Translations under genes and position numbers: made by a program
Notes under the pieces: generated by a model
The model's input: the letters and a program-made list of their open reading frames with translations, nothing else
Database searches by the model: none
Told to the model about the DNA's origin: nothing
In this document: positions 56,449 through 64,000 of the stretch, piece after piece
Layout: every line of letters starts with the position of its first letter
How positions within the stretch are numbered: the stretch's first letter is position 1
Virus record (IMG/VR): IMGVR_UViG_3300031951_000001
Coordinates: 258,373 to 322,372 of that record
Length of the DNA: 64,000 nucleotides
Reading direction: 5' to 3' (one strand)

Positions 56449-57519
56449 TTATTTAGAAACTTCCCACCATTTAGGACCTTCGTTAGATAAAAAGTCTACC
56501 TTTTTTTCATTTTTACCACCCATTGATACAACCCAAGTAATCATAGCTTCTCCATCTTTACTCAGTAATTTAGTTCCTGGAGTTGCTAATCTTTCCCCAT
56601 GGACACTATGAAAAATAATCGGAATTCCGTTTTTAATTGCACCTACATAACCAACGTGTGTATTAAAAGTAAATGGTGTTTTGTCTTGATAAATACCGGT
56701 TTTGTCTAATTGTCTATTTTGGACAGCTCTTTCACAAAATGCTTTTCCTTTATTACCTGAGTTACCATAGTACATACCAACAATATCCCCAACCTTTAAA
56801 GATGAAAGATTTACGTTTGATTTGGATGGATAAAAACTAGAAATGGTTGATGAAATTTTACTACCATTTTTACAACTTTTATCTTTACCCTCACCTTCTA
56901 GCTCAAAACAAGAACAAGAGTCCGAGTTTACAAATTTTGAGTTTCTAATATTGTCCCAATTAATCGAACCGTCGGTGAACATATTATATAAAACTGACCC
57001 TTTAGTTTTTGCGTTAACAAAAGCTTGCCACGCATTTCCAAGATAGTTACCCGTCATTTTTCTAACATATTCAGAACATCCTTCACCACCGCCATTACCA
57101 ATTGTGGACTCATTTTTATCTGAAATTTTATTACAAAGTGTATTATCAACCGCAACACAACTCTCTGTTCCCGACACTTTATTTTTTTCCTCAGATTTTT
57201 TTTGTAAAGACTTAATACCCATACTCATTACAGTTTTTGTATCTATTTTACCTGTAATTGGTAAGTTATTATCTTTTTGATATTTTTTTAAAGCGGTTAT
57301 TGTTTTTCCCCCAAAAATCCCGTCAACTCCGTCTAAATTTTTTCCACTCCTACCCAATAAACTACCATATTTAGGTTTAAGTTTTTTTTGTACGTCATAC
57401 ACAGTTTGGGAAAAACCTTCATCTAATCTAATTTTATTTTTTGATTTTGAAATGGCTTCTTTGTGTAAATTCAAAATTCTACTTTGTTCTTCTTCGGATA
57501 TTAGTAATTTTTTTAACAT
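56449..57519 (-). CDS. Peptidoglycan-binding domain + CHAP/NlpC-like cysteine hydrolase
   Basis: 'DGIFGGKTITALKKYQKDNNLPITG' (PG_binding_1); 'GCSEYV...GNAW', 'VGDIV', 'THVGYV' Cys-His dyad. Confidence 0.75.
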   Translation of the reverse strand: MLKKLLISEEEQSRILNLHKEAISKSKNKIRLDEGFSQTVYDVQKKLKPKYGSLLGRSGKNLDGVDGIFGGKTITALKKYQKDNNLPITGKIDTKTVMSMGIKSLQKKSEEKNKVSGTESCVAVDNTLCNKISDKNESTIGNGGGEGCSEYVRKMTGNYLGNAWQAFVNAKTKGSVLYNMFTDGSINWDNIRNSKFVNSDSCSCFELEGEGKDKSCKNGSKISSTISSFYPSKSNVNLSSLKVGDIVGMYYGNSGNKGKAFCERAVQNRQLDKTGIYQDKTPFTFNTHVGYVGAIKNGIPIIFHSVHGERLATPGTKLLSKDGEAMITWVVSMGGKNEKKVDFLSNEGPKWWEVSK

Positions 57520-57532
57520 TTTGGGGTTTTTA

Positions 57533-57540
57533 TATAAATA
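57533..57540 (-). promoter_or_regulatory. TATTTATA putative late-promoter motif (minus strand)
   Basis: tataaata on +, 13 nt upstream of minus-strand ATG 57519. Confidence 0.55.
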
Positions 57541-57633
57541 TTTAACATACCTATAATTGTTAATAAGTTTATGTAAATTTATTTTTTTTTGGGATTGATT
57601 TTAACTTATCTTTGTTTTTTTAAAATAAATAAA

Positions 57634-57978
57634 ATGAAAAAAACACTAATAATCTTGGGATTTATAAGTTCATTTATAATATTTTCAATCTTGAAAAAAG
57701 ACAAATTGTATTACATACCGTTTGATATTCCTGGTAAACAAATGGCGGCCACAATACCTCCATTCGGTATTTTTATCGAGTCAAAATATCGTTCTAATGA
57801 AGAAATGTTAAGACATGAGTTGGTACATTGGGCTCAATACAAGAGGATGGGAGTTTACGGATTTTACTCTACGTATTTATCTGAGTACAAAAAGTACGGT
57901 AGGTTTGATGGGCCAATGGAAGTAGAAGCTCGAAAATTAAGTAAAATTAAAACAAAACACAAAATGTGTTTTGATTAA
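57634..57978 (+). CDS. Small HExxH metallopeptidase-like protein with N-terminal anchor
   Basis: 'LRHELVHWAQ', 'PMEVEAR'; ATG 57634 follows TATCTTTG at 57607-57614. Confidence 0.65.
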   Translation: MKKTLIILGFISSFIIFSILKKDKLYYIPFDIPGKQMAATIPPFGIFIESKYRSNEEMLRHELVHWAQYKRMGVYGFYSTYLSEYKKYGRFDGPMEVEARKLSKIKTKHKMCFD

Positions 57979-57997
57979 CGTATTTTATTTTATTCTA

Positions 57998-59023
57998 TTA
58001 TTTTATACAGGATAAACTTTTAGCTGTATTAACGACCTCCTTCAAATATCCTAAACTGCTAATATATTGAATTGTTGGTTCATCTGAAACTAAATTAATT
58101 GCTTTTTGGGTTACTGTAGTTGTATCAGTTTTGATATTTGGAATATAGTTTTTTATAACTTGGTTTTTATCTACTTTTAGTACCAAATCAGGTTTATCTT
58201 TAGGAAATGGTTGATATACACCATTAATACTATCACACGGAGCCATAAATTCAGGATTGTTTGTTTTACAATATTTTTTCTTAAATCTAGATGAACCTAA
58301 ATTATATGACATAATTGCGGCATCCATAACACTATTATTTGATGAAGATGGATTATCTATGAGTTGACCTTGGTTTATTATTTTAGACGGACTTTTACTA
58401 TCATAATATGGGGTTAATTCTTCGTATAAATTTATAAGGTGTTTAGTAACTGCTAAAAGTGAACCTGATAATGACATCAATTCCTCCAAATCTACTCCAT
58501 ATTTTTTTGCGATATCTGGAGTCATTTGAGCAATTCCCATACTCGGAACCCAATTATCTTTATTAAAAACTTTTTTAGCCCCATATTTCAAAACCTCACT
58601 AAAACCCGGTATTGTATCACTAAGCTTATTCATCAAGTATTCTGGTGCTGCTTTAATACCGTACATACCCATAACCTTACCAAAATCAGATTCTCTACCA
58701 ATTATTCCTATTGCATATTTTACGTAAAGTGGGTCAAAACCTTCAGAAATTACAGATACCGCAGCTGTTGAAATTTCAGGTGTGGTACAAGTATATTTGT
58801 TGAGGTTCAAATCGTATGTTTTGACAACGCTTTGACTTTTAATTGGGGTATTTTGGGTGACTGGTTGTTGTTTGGATACTTGTTGCATTCGATTCATTCC
58901 TTGAGCATATTTTTTTTGTTCTTCAGGCTTCAATGTGTTAGTTTTAAATTTGGTTTGCTCTAAAATTATTTTTTTTACAATTTTAAACAAATCAGATTCA
59001 GTGAGTTTGATAACTTTTTTCAT
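57998..59023 (-). CDS. Lysozyme-fold / transglycosylase-like protein with an N-terminal leader motif
   Basis: 'IIGRESDFG', 'SMGIAQMTP', 'AIMSYNLG'; N-term MKKVIKLTESDLFKIVKKIILEQ. Confidence 0.7.
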   Translation of the reverse strand: MKKVIKLTESDLFKIVKKIILEQTKFKTNTLKPEEQKKYAQGMNRMQQVSKQQPVTQNTPIKSQSVVKTYDLNLNKYTCTTPEISTAAVSVISEGFDPLYVKYAIGIIGRESDFGKVMGMYGIKAAPEYLMNKLSDTIPGFSEVLKYGAKKVFNKDNWVPSMGIAQMTPDIAKKYGVDLEELMSLSGSLLAVTKHLINLYEELTPYYDSKSPSKIINQGQLIDNPSSSNNSVMDAAIMSYNLGSSRFKKKYCKTNNPEFMAPCDSINGVYQPFPKDKPDLVLKVDKNQVIKNYIPNIKTDTTTVTQKAINLVSDEPTIQYISSLGYLKEVVNTAKSLSCIK

Positions 59024-59172
59024 TTGACTATAAAAAAATAAATATGTATCTTATTTCTTAATAAATAGATTTGAAATCAAATTAATACAGTCAGATTAAC
59101 AAAATTACTTATATTTGAAAAAAATTTTTTAAGATATAAAAATCTATATTTAATACTACATAACTTTATTCT

Positions 59173-60879
59173 ATGACTGAACTTCTATCAAAAAGGTTTG
59201 AGACCTTCGTGTCGTTGGAGCATCACGACTTCAATGAGTTAACTTTTACCGAAGAACAAGACGACTTAAATATTTTTTCCCTTTCAAATGGGAGGTTTTG
59301 GGAGGGAAGATTATCGTTCTCACTAAAACAAAAACACACGAGCAAGGAGGTATTTGAGGAAAACTTCAAAAATCCTTTGTATAATCTATTTCATAGAAGG
59401 ATGACTGGTGTTGTTGCTGCGGATGATGAGAGGATAACATTAAAGTTTTTTTTGTATTCAAGAAACCGAAGACCTGATGAGAAGTTTGTAAGAATTACTA
59501 CAAATTGTGTTTACATGACCTATAACTTCAAAAAGAATTGTCTTTATACGGGAATTGTAAATGGATATCATAAAAAGAAAAAAGTTAATAAGTCAGTTAA
59601 GATTGTGTCATTTTCTAACGATACGGTAAATGATTTGTTGGGTAAATACATAACATGGTTTCATTTTGTTCATGAAAATTTACCTGAAAAGAAAACCACC
59701 AAAAATGGTTTTTATGATTTGTTAAGTACGTTTATAGATAACATACCTGGCGTAGTTTATGACAATGAAAAGTATGGTACTAAAACCATCCATAAGACTA
59801 TTTTAACCAAAAAGAATATTAAGTTATCCGACAATTGGTCTTCATTTTCTTGTCATTTTCCCCAACCAAAGGCGAAAGACTTCAAGAAGTATGGTGATAG
59901 ATATCTCAATGTGATAATGGAGATTAATGGTTTAAAGGGTGATAAGATACGTAGAGTATTACATAAGATTAAAAACTTTAACCCTTTGGTGTATCACAAG
60001 GCAGTCCGTTTCTTTGGTAAAGATTATCTTTTGGGAAAGTCTGATGACGAACTACAAAATATATTTGAGACAACTTGTATGGGGGATTTTCTTAATATGA
60101 ATTTTGCCTCAATACACTCAAAGAAAGAACGCAATTGTATTTTTGAAATATTCAAATTGGTTATTAACGATGAAATTAATCCCCAAACATTTGCGGACCA
60201 TTTCATTTTCTATACTAACTTGAAAAACTATGAAAACATCAAATGGACCTCGACAACGTATGATGAGTTTAGGGAAGAACATTTGAATTGGACGGAGTTA
60301 AATGACTTTTATACCAAAGGAACGTTCGATAGAATATATAACGATAAATTTGAGAGTGAGGTTACCAAACCAATATTTACAGATGGGAAAACTTTCTATC
60401 CTGTAATTCTGAAAAGTTCCTCAGAATATAATGACGAATCATTTATTCAATCTAACTGTGTTAAAGGTTATATCAAACGACCTGACGCTTTGATAGTATC
60501 ATTGAGAAAAGATAGTCCTGATTCTAAAGAAAGAGCGACTATTGAGTTTAGAATTAGTTTTGATACTGTTATAGAACTTAAGAGAGTACAAACCCTCGGA
60601 AGATTTAATAAATCACTAACTTTGGAATGGGATAACATTTTACCTATATTAGATAAAAGAATTAATGATTTGGTATATACATTTGATACACCAAAGATAA
60701 AGTGTAAAATTGGATATATTGAATTCACATCAGAGTCTAAATTTGTTGATTATAATAAGATAAGACTTAATAGACCATTAATGAGATTTTATGATTCTTC
60801 GGATAATTCATTGGAGTGGGAGGATAAAAGAGTTAATAACATAAATGATATCGCAATACCTTTGCTAGAAGAATTTTAA
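59173..60879 (+). CDS. PcfJ-like domain protein
   Basis: C-term 'ESFIQSNCVKGY', 'RATIE', 'VQTLGRFN'. Confidence 0.65.
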   Translation: MTELLSKRFETFVSLEHHDFNELTFTEEQDDLNIFSLSNGRFWEGRLSFSLKQKHTSKEVFEENFKNPLYNLFHRRMTGVVAADDERITLKFFLYSRNRRPDEKFVRITTNCVYMTYNFKKNCLYTGIVNGYHKKKKVNKSVKIVSFSNDTVNDLLGKYITWFHFVHENLPEKKTTKNGFYDLLSTFIDNIPGVVYDNEKYGTKTIHKTILTKKNIKLSDNWSSFSCHFPQPKAKDFKKYGDRYLNVIMEINGLKGDKIRRVLHKIKNFNPLVYHKAVRFFGKDYLLGKSDDELQNIFETTCMGDFLNMNFASIHSKKERNCIFEIFKLVINDEINPQTFADHFIFYTNLKNYENIKWTSTTYDEFREEHLNWTELNDFYTKGTFDRIYNDKFESEVTKPIFTDGKTFYPVILKSSSEYNDESFIQSNCVKGYIKRPDALIVSLRKDSPDSKERATIEFRISFDTVIELKRVQTLGRFNKSLTLEWDNILPILDKRINDLVYTFDTPKIKCKIGYIEFTSESKFVDYNKIRLNRPLMRFYDSSDNSLEWEDKRVNNINDIAIPLLEEF

Positions 60880-60881
60880 TT

Positions 60882-61238
60882 ATGGAAAAAGTACCACAAC
60901 ATTGTATAGATAAGTTTAGACAGAAGTTTGGACAATATCCCTCAATTATTGAGTTTGATTATGATAGTGTAGATAACTTTGACAAATTGACGACAAGGTC
61001 ATATACTATTTGGTTTAAATCAATTTTCACTGACAAAGGTGTTAATTTTATAGAAAAATATATCGAGTATGACGCGTCAGGTATTCATTTCTATGTAGAA
61101 AAATTAGGAGAAAATAAAGTCAAAATATTTATAATGACAACACCTGATAGATACAGTGTTGCTGAATTTACAATAAATAATTTAATTAAAGCAAAAAATG
61201 GAAATTACAAGCAAAGAACTCCAAGAGAAAATGAATAA
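60882..61238 (+). CDS. Hypothetical protein
   Basis: 118 aa ORF. Confidence 0.6.
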   Translation: MEKVPQHCIDKFRQKFGQYPSIIEFDYDSVDNFDKLTTRSYTIWFKSIFTDKGVNFIEKYIEYDASGIHFYVEKLGENKVKIFIMTTPDRYSVAEFTINNLIKAKNGNYKQRTPRENE

Positions 61239-61521
61239 TGGTGAAAAATTTATAGTGGATTTTCACGCCGCGTGGTGTGGTCCCTGTAAAATGTTGAAAC
61301 CGATTTACGAAAAGGTTGCCCAAGATTTGGCATCAAAAAATTCAGATGTTAAACTTTATACAATGAACGTAGATAACAATCGTGATATGGTTGTATCGTT
61401 GGGTGTTCGTAGCGTACCAACAATTAAGAGTTTCGCTAACGGAAAAGAAATGAACACAAGAGTTGGTTTGTTACAAGAAAACGCACTTTTGGACCTAGCA
61501 AACAATTTGTTAAATGGATAA
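61198..61521 (+). CDS. trxA: Thioredoxin
   Basis: 'VDFHAAWCGPCK', 'VRSVPT'. Confidence 0.92.
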   Translation: MEITSKELQEKMNNGEKFIVDFHAAWCGPCKMLKPIYEKVAQDLASKNSDVKLYTMNVDNNRDMVVSLGVRSVPTIKSFANGKEMNTRVGLLQENALLDLANNLLNG

Positions 61522-61798
61522 GTTAGTTATAGTTTTCACAATGGACGGTTGTCCATTTTGTGAGATGATGAAAACCCAATTGGTTGAGAGTCAGATTGAG
61601 TTTGTTGAGAGAAATATCAATACTCATGCCGACGAATATCAATTGTTTGTTGAAGCAACTGGTAGTGAGTTTGTTCCGGCATTCATGATTATTGATGACC
61701 CATATGGGGAACCAAAGTCAGAAGGTTTTGTTCCTGACAAACACTACAATACAATAGAAGAAGGTATTCAAATTATTAAAAATAAATTAAACGGATGA
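61514..61798 (+). CDS. Glutaredoxin/NrdH-like protein
   Basis: 'FTMDGCPFC', 'FVP'. Confidence 0.8.
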   Translation: MDKLVIVFTMDGCPFCEMMKTQLVESQIEFVERNINTHADEYQLFVEATGSEFVPAFMIIDDPYGEPKSEGFVPDKHYNTIEEGIQIIKNKLNG

Positions 61799-62319
61799 AT
61801 CTATCATTTAACAAACACGGACAACTACACATACCAATAAAGAAATGGGATTTAGATGACGGAAATATTTTAGTGATATATCAAGGGTCTCGAGGAGCGA
61901 ACCCCGATTTGGACTTTATTGTCAAATATAAAGCACCAAACAAAAGATTGAGAGCTCCATCTCACACACATTGGATTGTTGATTTGATTGTTAAATCTAG
62001 TCATTCATCATCCGATGTGTGTGACTTTGTTTCTGATTGGATTGAATTATATGATAAGATAGAACCATTCAATTCAACCGAGGAGAGAGACAACTACGAA
62101 TTAATCTACAATGAGTATTTCTGTGATACTTATACAACCATAGATAACTTGGGTCATTTATCTGTGGAATTTTTGTCAGCACTTATTGAGTTATTCATTA
62201 AGTGTGAAAAACAAACTCCTGGTGCTTTCATGTTTAAAAATCTTTTACAGTTAGTTAGGGACTTCTGTAATGGCAAGAAAGATTTTTATCAGGTGGTTTC
62301 TTATTCTAAACGAGTTTAG
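61795..62319 (+). CDS. Hypothetical protein
   Basis: 174 aa ORF; 'RAPSHTHWIVDL'. Confidence 0.65.
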   Translation: MNLSFNKHGQLHIPIKKWDLDDGNILVIYQGSRGANPDLDFIVKYKAPNKRLRAPSHTHWIVDLIVKSSHSSSDVCDFVSDWIELYDKIEPFNSTEERDNYELIYNEYFCDTYTTIDNLGHLSVEFLSALIELFIKCEKQTPGAFMFKNLLQLVRDFCNGKKDFYQVVSYSKRV

Positions 62320-63143
62320 ATAATATATAATTCAGATATCTTGTCACCAACTAACCAAGGTTTGGTTTCTAGTTGTGTGTCTAAATCATTACTTATATCG
62401 TAACCCTTGAGATATTTTTTCTCAAATCTTTGAATATTAAAATCGAACACGTCCAATACCATCGATTTAATTTTCTCATTCATATATGGGGAGTTACTTA
62501 ATATATCGATAATAGGGTCGTTTGTTTCCTCATCAATAACGTCGGTATATTTTATTGACATGTTTGTTGCTTTAATTGCTTTGAATAGCTGATACGCGAT
62601 GTATTCACAGTAATAAAATGCAGACCTACCGTTGTTTAGACTATACCCATATGGGAACTCAGACTGTCTTGAACCTCTAATGTCTTTAAATGAATAATCT
62701 ATTGGTTTTTCAATGTATTCATTGGTGTATATCAAAAGCTTATCCGTGTAATCTACCGCTTCCCAAATGTCAGAATGATTATATACATAATTTAAAACTC
62801 TCTCATGGAATATAGGTCTTACACTATTGAAAAATTCAAAACAAAATTCTTTCTTTTCTCGATGTAAGTATTCACAGTCATATTTGATTAAATCAATCGT
62901 ATTAATGTTTTTGATACCTAATGTAGATAATTGAGATTTCATCTTTTCAAAAAATGATTCTTTGATTGAATCTAAATCAATTATTTTCTTTGATGATGTT
63001 TTGCCCTCAACAACAAAGAATGGCTCAAATTGTGTTACTCTAATTTCAGTGTATGGATTACCATCTTTAGATATTTCCGACATGATATAATCAGCGAATT
63101 TATTAACGATACCGATTCTGTAATTAGGATAAATATACTTCAT
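62316..63143 (-). CDS. Degenerate S-adenosylmethionine synthetase (MetK)-like protein
   Basis: 'NKFADYI', 'VVEGKTSS', 'GRSAFYYCEYIA', 'VFDF' occur in MetK-like order, but the catalytic motifs are missing; ATG 63143 preferred. Confidence 0.5.
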   Translation of the reverse strand: MKYIYPNYRIGIVNKFADYIMSEISKDGNPYTEIRVTQFEPFFVVEGKTSSKKIIDLDSIKESFFEKMKSQLSTLGIKNINTIDLIKYDCEYLHREKKEFCFEFFNSVRPIFHERVLNYVYNHSDIWEAVDYTDKLLIYTNEYIEKPIDYSFKDIRGSRQSEFPYGYSLNNGRSAFYYCEYIAYQLFKAIKATNMSIKYTDVIDEETNDPIIDILSNSPYMNEKIKSMVLDVFDFNIQRFEKKYLKGYDISNDLDTQLETKPWLVGDKISELYII

Positions 63144-63190
63144 AAAACTGTTTTGAAATTGATAGTGAAAAAAATCCACATATTAAATAG

Positions 63191-63225
63191 AAAAAGGGGA
63201 ATAAATTCCCCCTTTAATTTTTTTT
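63191..63225. terminator. Probable terminator hairpin
   Basis: aaaaaggggaat-aa-attccccctttaa followed by a T run; imperfect inverted repeat downstream of the minus-strand 47 aa gene. Confidence 0.55.
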
Positions 63226-63246
63226 ACACCCAACATCCCATTCATA

Positions 63247-63390
63247 TTATTTCTTATAATACTTCTCAACAACCTTATTTACCTGTTCTTGAACAGTTTG
63301 GTTATTTTGAGGCGTTTGAATTTGACCAGGTGCTGGTTGAGCAGGTGCCGCTTGAGCTTCTGCCTGTTTGTTTTTACATCCACATCCCAT
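63247..63390 (-). CDS. Small MGCGC-start peptide
   Basis: 47 aa MGCGCKNKQAEAQAAP...VVEKYYKK; TATTTAT upstream on the minus strand (63434-63440). Confidence 0.65.
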   Translation of the reverse strand: MGCGCKNKQAEAQAAPAQPAPGQIQTPQNNQTVQEQVNKVVEKYYKK

Positions 63391-63492
63391 GTGATTAGTT
63401 TTTTTAGGTAGTTTATTTCTTATCGTTATAAACATAAATATCTTTATTTGAGACAATTTGTAAAGAATATTGCTTTATTTACGAAATAAAAA

Positions 63493-63499
63493 TATTTAT
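63493..63499 (+). promoter_or_regulatory. TATTTAT putative late-promoter motif
   Basis: 7 nt upstream of ATG 63507. Confidence 0.5.
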
Positions 63500-63506
63500 C
63501 AGTACT

Positions 63507-64000
63507 ATGGGTAAAATAAAACTCACGGAAAGTGAATTTAAGAAGTTTTTGAGGATTACGCTTGTCGAGCAAAGTGAGGAAGAATACTACAAAATTTCAC
63601 CAGAAGAATTTTCAGAGTTGATGAAGTTCGGTGGATATCACGGAAAAAGTGTAACAAAATTAAAAATGTTTGGAGGTAAACCAATTTGGATTACTGGTGA
63701 TTTGATTTTAAATGATACACCTACCGATTCATTAGGTAATGTTAAATATATTGAGGGTAGATTAGATATTAGACATACAAACATAAGTGATTTGTCAGGT
63801 GTTGAAGTTAAAAATTATACTTGGGACTCTGGAACACCGAGGGAGGCAAGACGTAAAGCTGAAGAAAGAAGAAAAAAATTACAAAGCGCCGAGGAGAGAA
63901 GATTCAATAAGGAGTGGGATATCGATAATCCTGATATTACTGAACTAGGTGAAAAGGCAAATGCTCTATATGATATGTTGGTTAAAGATAGAGAAATCGA
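63507..64000 (+). CDS. Partial CDS with the leader motif and LRR-like units (runs off the window)
   Basis: MGKIKLTESEFKKFLRITLVEQ...GDLILNDTPTDSLGNVKYIEGRLDIRHTNISDL; no stop before 64000. Confidence 0.75.
   Translation, partial: MGKIKLTESEFKKFLRITLVEQSEEEYYKISPEEFSELMKFGGYHGKSVTKLKMFGGKPIWITGDLILNDTPTDSLGNVKYIEGRLDIRHTNISDLSGVEVKNYTWDSGTPREARRKAEERRKKLQSAEERRFNKEWDIDNPDITELGEKANALYDMLVKDREI

Noticed and set aside
1-64000. Alternative genetic code (stop-codon reassignment)
   Set aside because: Code 11 gives dense, full-length ORFs including 3782 aa, with no systematic fragmentation
1-64000. Eukaryotic giant-virus or cellular origin (mucin-like, LRR and alveolin-like repeats, DnaJ)
   Set aside because: Sigma-70, bacterial promoters and terminators, peptidoglycan hydrolases, baseplate-like genes and coupled operons indicate a bacteriophage; no cellular housekeeping operons are present
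1-64000. tRNA, rRNA or structured ncRNA genes
   Set aside because: Intergenic gaps are short and AT-rich and I saw no cloverleaf or T-loop signature; tRNAscan/Infernal would be needed to exclude them formally

Overview
This 64 kb window is AT-rich, densely coding DNA in the standard genetic code, and it looks like part of a large (jumbo-type) tailed phage genome. The host is probably a member of Bacteroidota: there are several TTTG-N19/20-TAnnTTTG promoters, A-rich leaders without Shine-Dalgarno sites, SprB-type repeats, a Bacteroidota-like sigma-70 and an Hc1-like histone protein. Bases 1-13.7 kb and 17-38 kb form a + strand virion baseplate/tail/fibre block. It includes very large Cys-rich, Thr-Pro-linker modular proteins of 757, 1481 and 3782 aa, and is interrupted by RuvC and a minus-strand cassette (transglycosylase, PD-(D/E)XK nuclease, ParB-like, primase). 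Bases 38-64 kb hold SbcD/SbcC, the sigma factor, a membrane/lysis-like block, DnaJ, a Dam-family methylase, DUF932, PcfJ-like, thioredoxin/glutaredoxin and a degenerate MetK-like gene. The main candidate system is a set of scattered genes that share an upstream TATTTAT(A) motif and an N-terminal 'K(L/I)(T/S)E..L..(I/L)..(I/L)(I/L).E' leader; these look like late-expressed, head-packaged cargo (two cell-wall hydrolases, two LRR-like proteins). Other highlights are a C_CCA_AAG -1 frameshift candidate, an alveolin-like EKIVEVP repeat membrane protein next to a catalytically eroded amidase, and apparent GATC avoidance. I saw no tRNA, rRNA, CRISPR array or IS element. All family assignments come from motif recognition by eye, not database searches.
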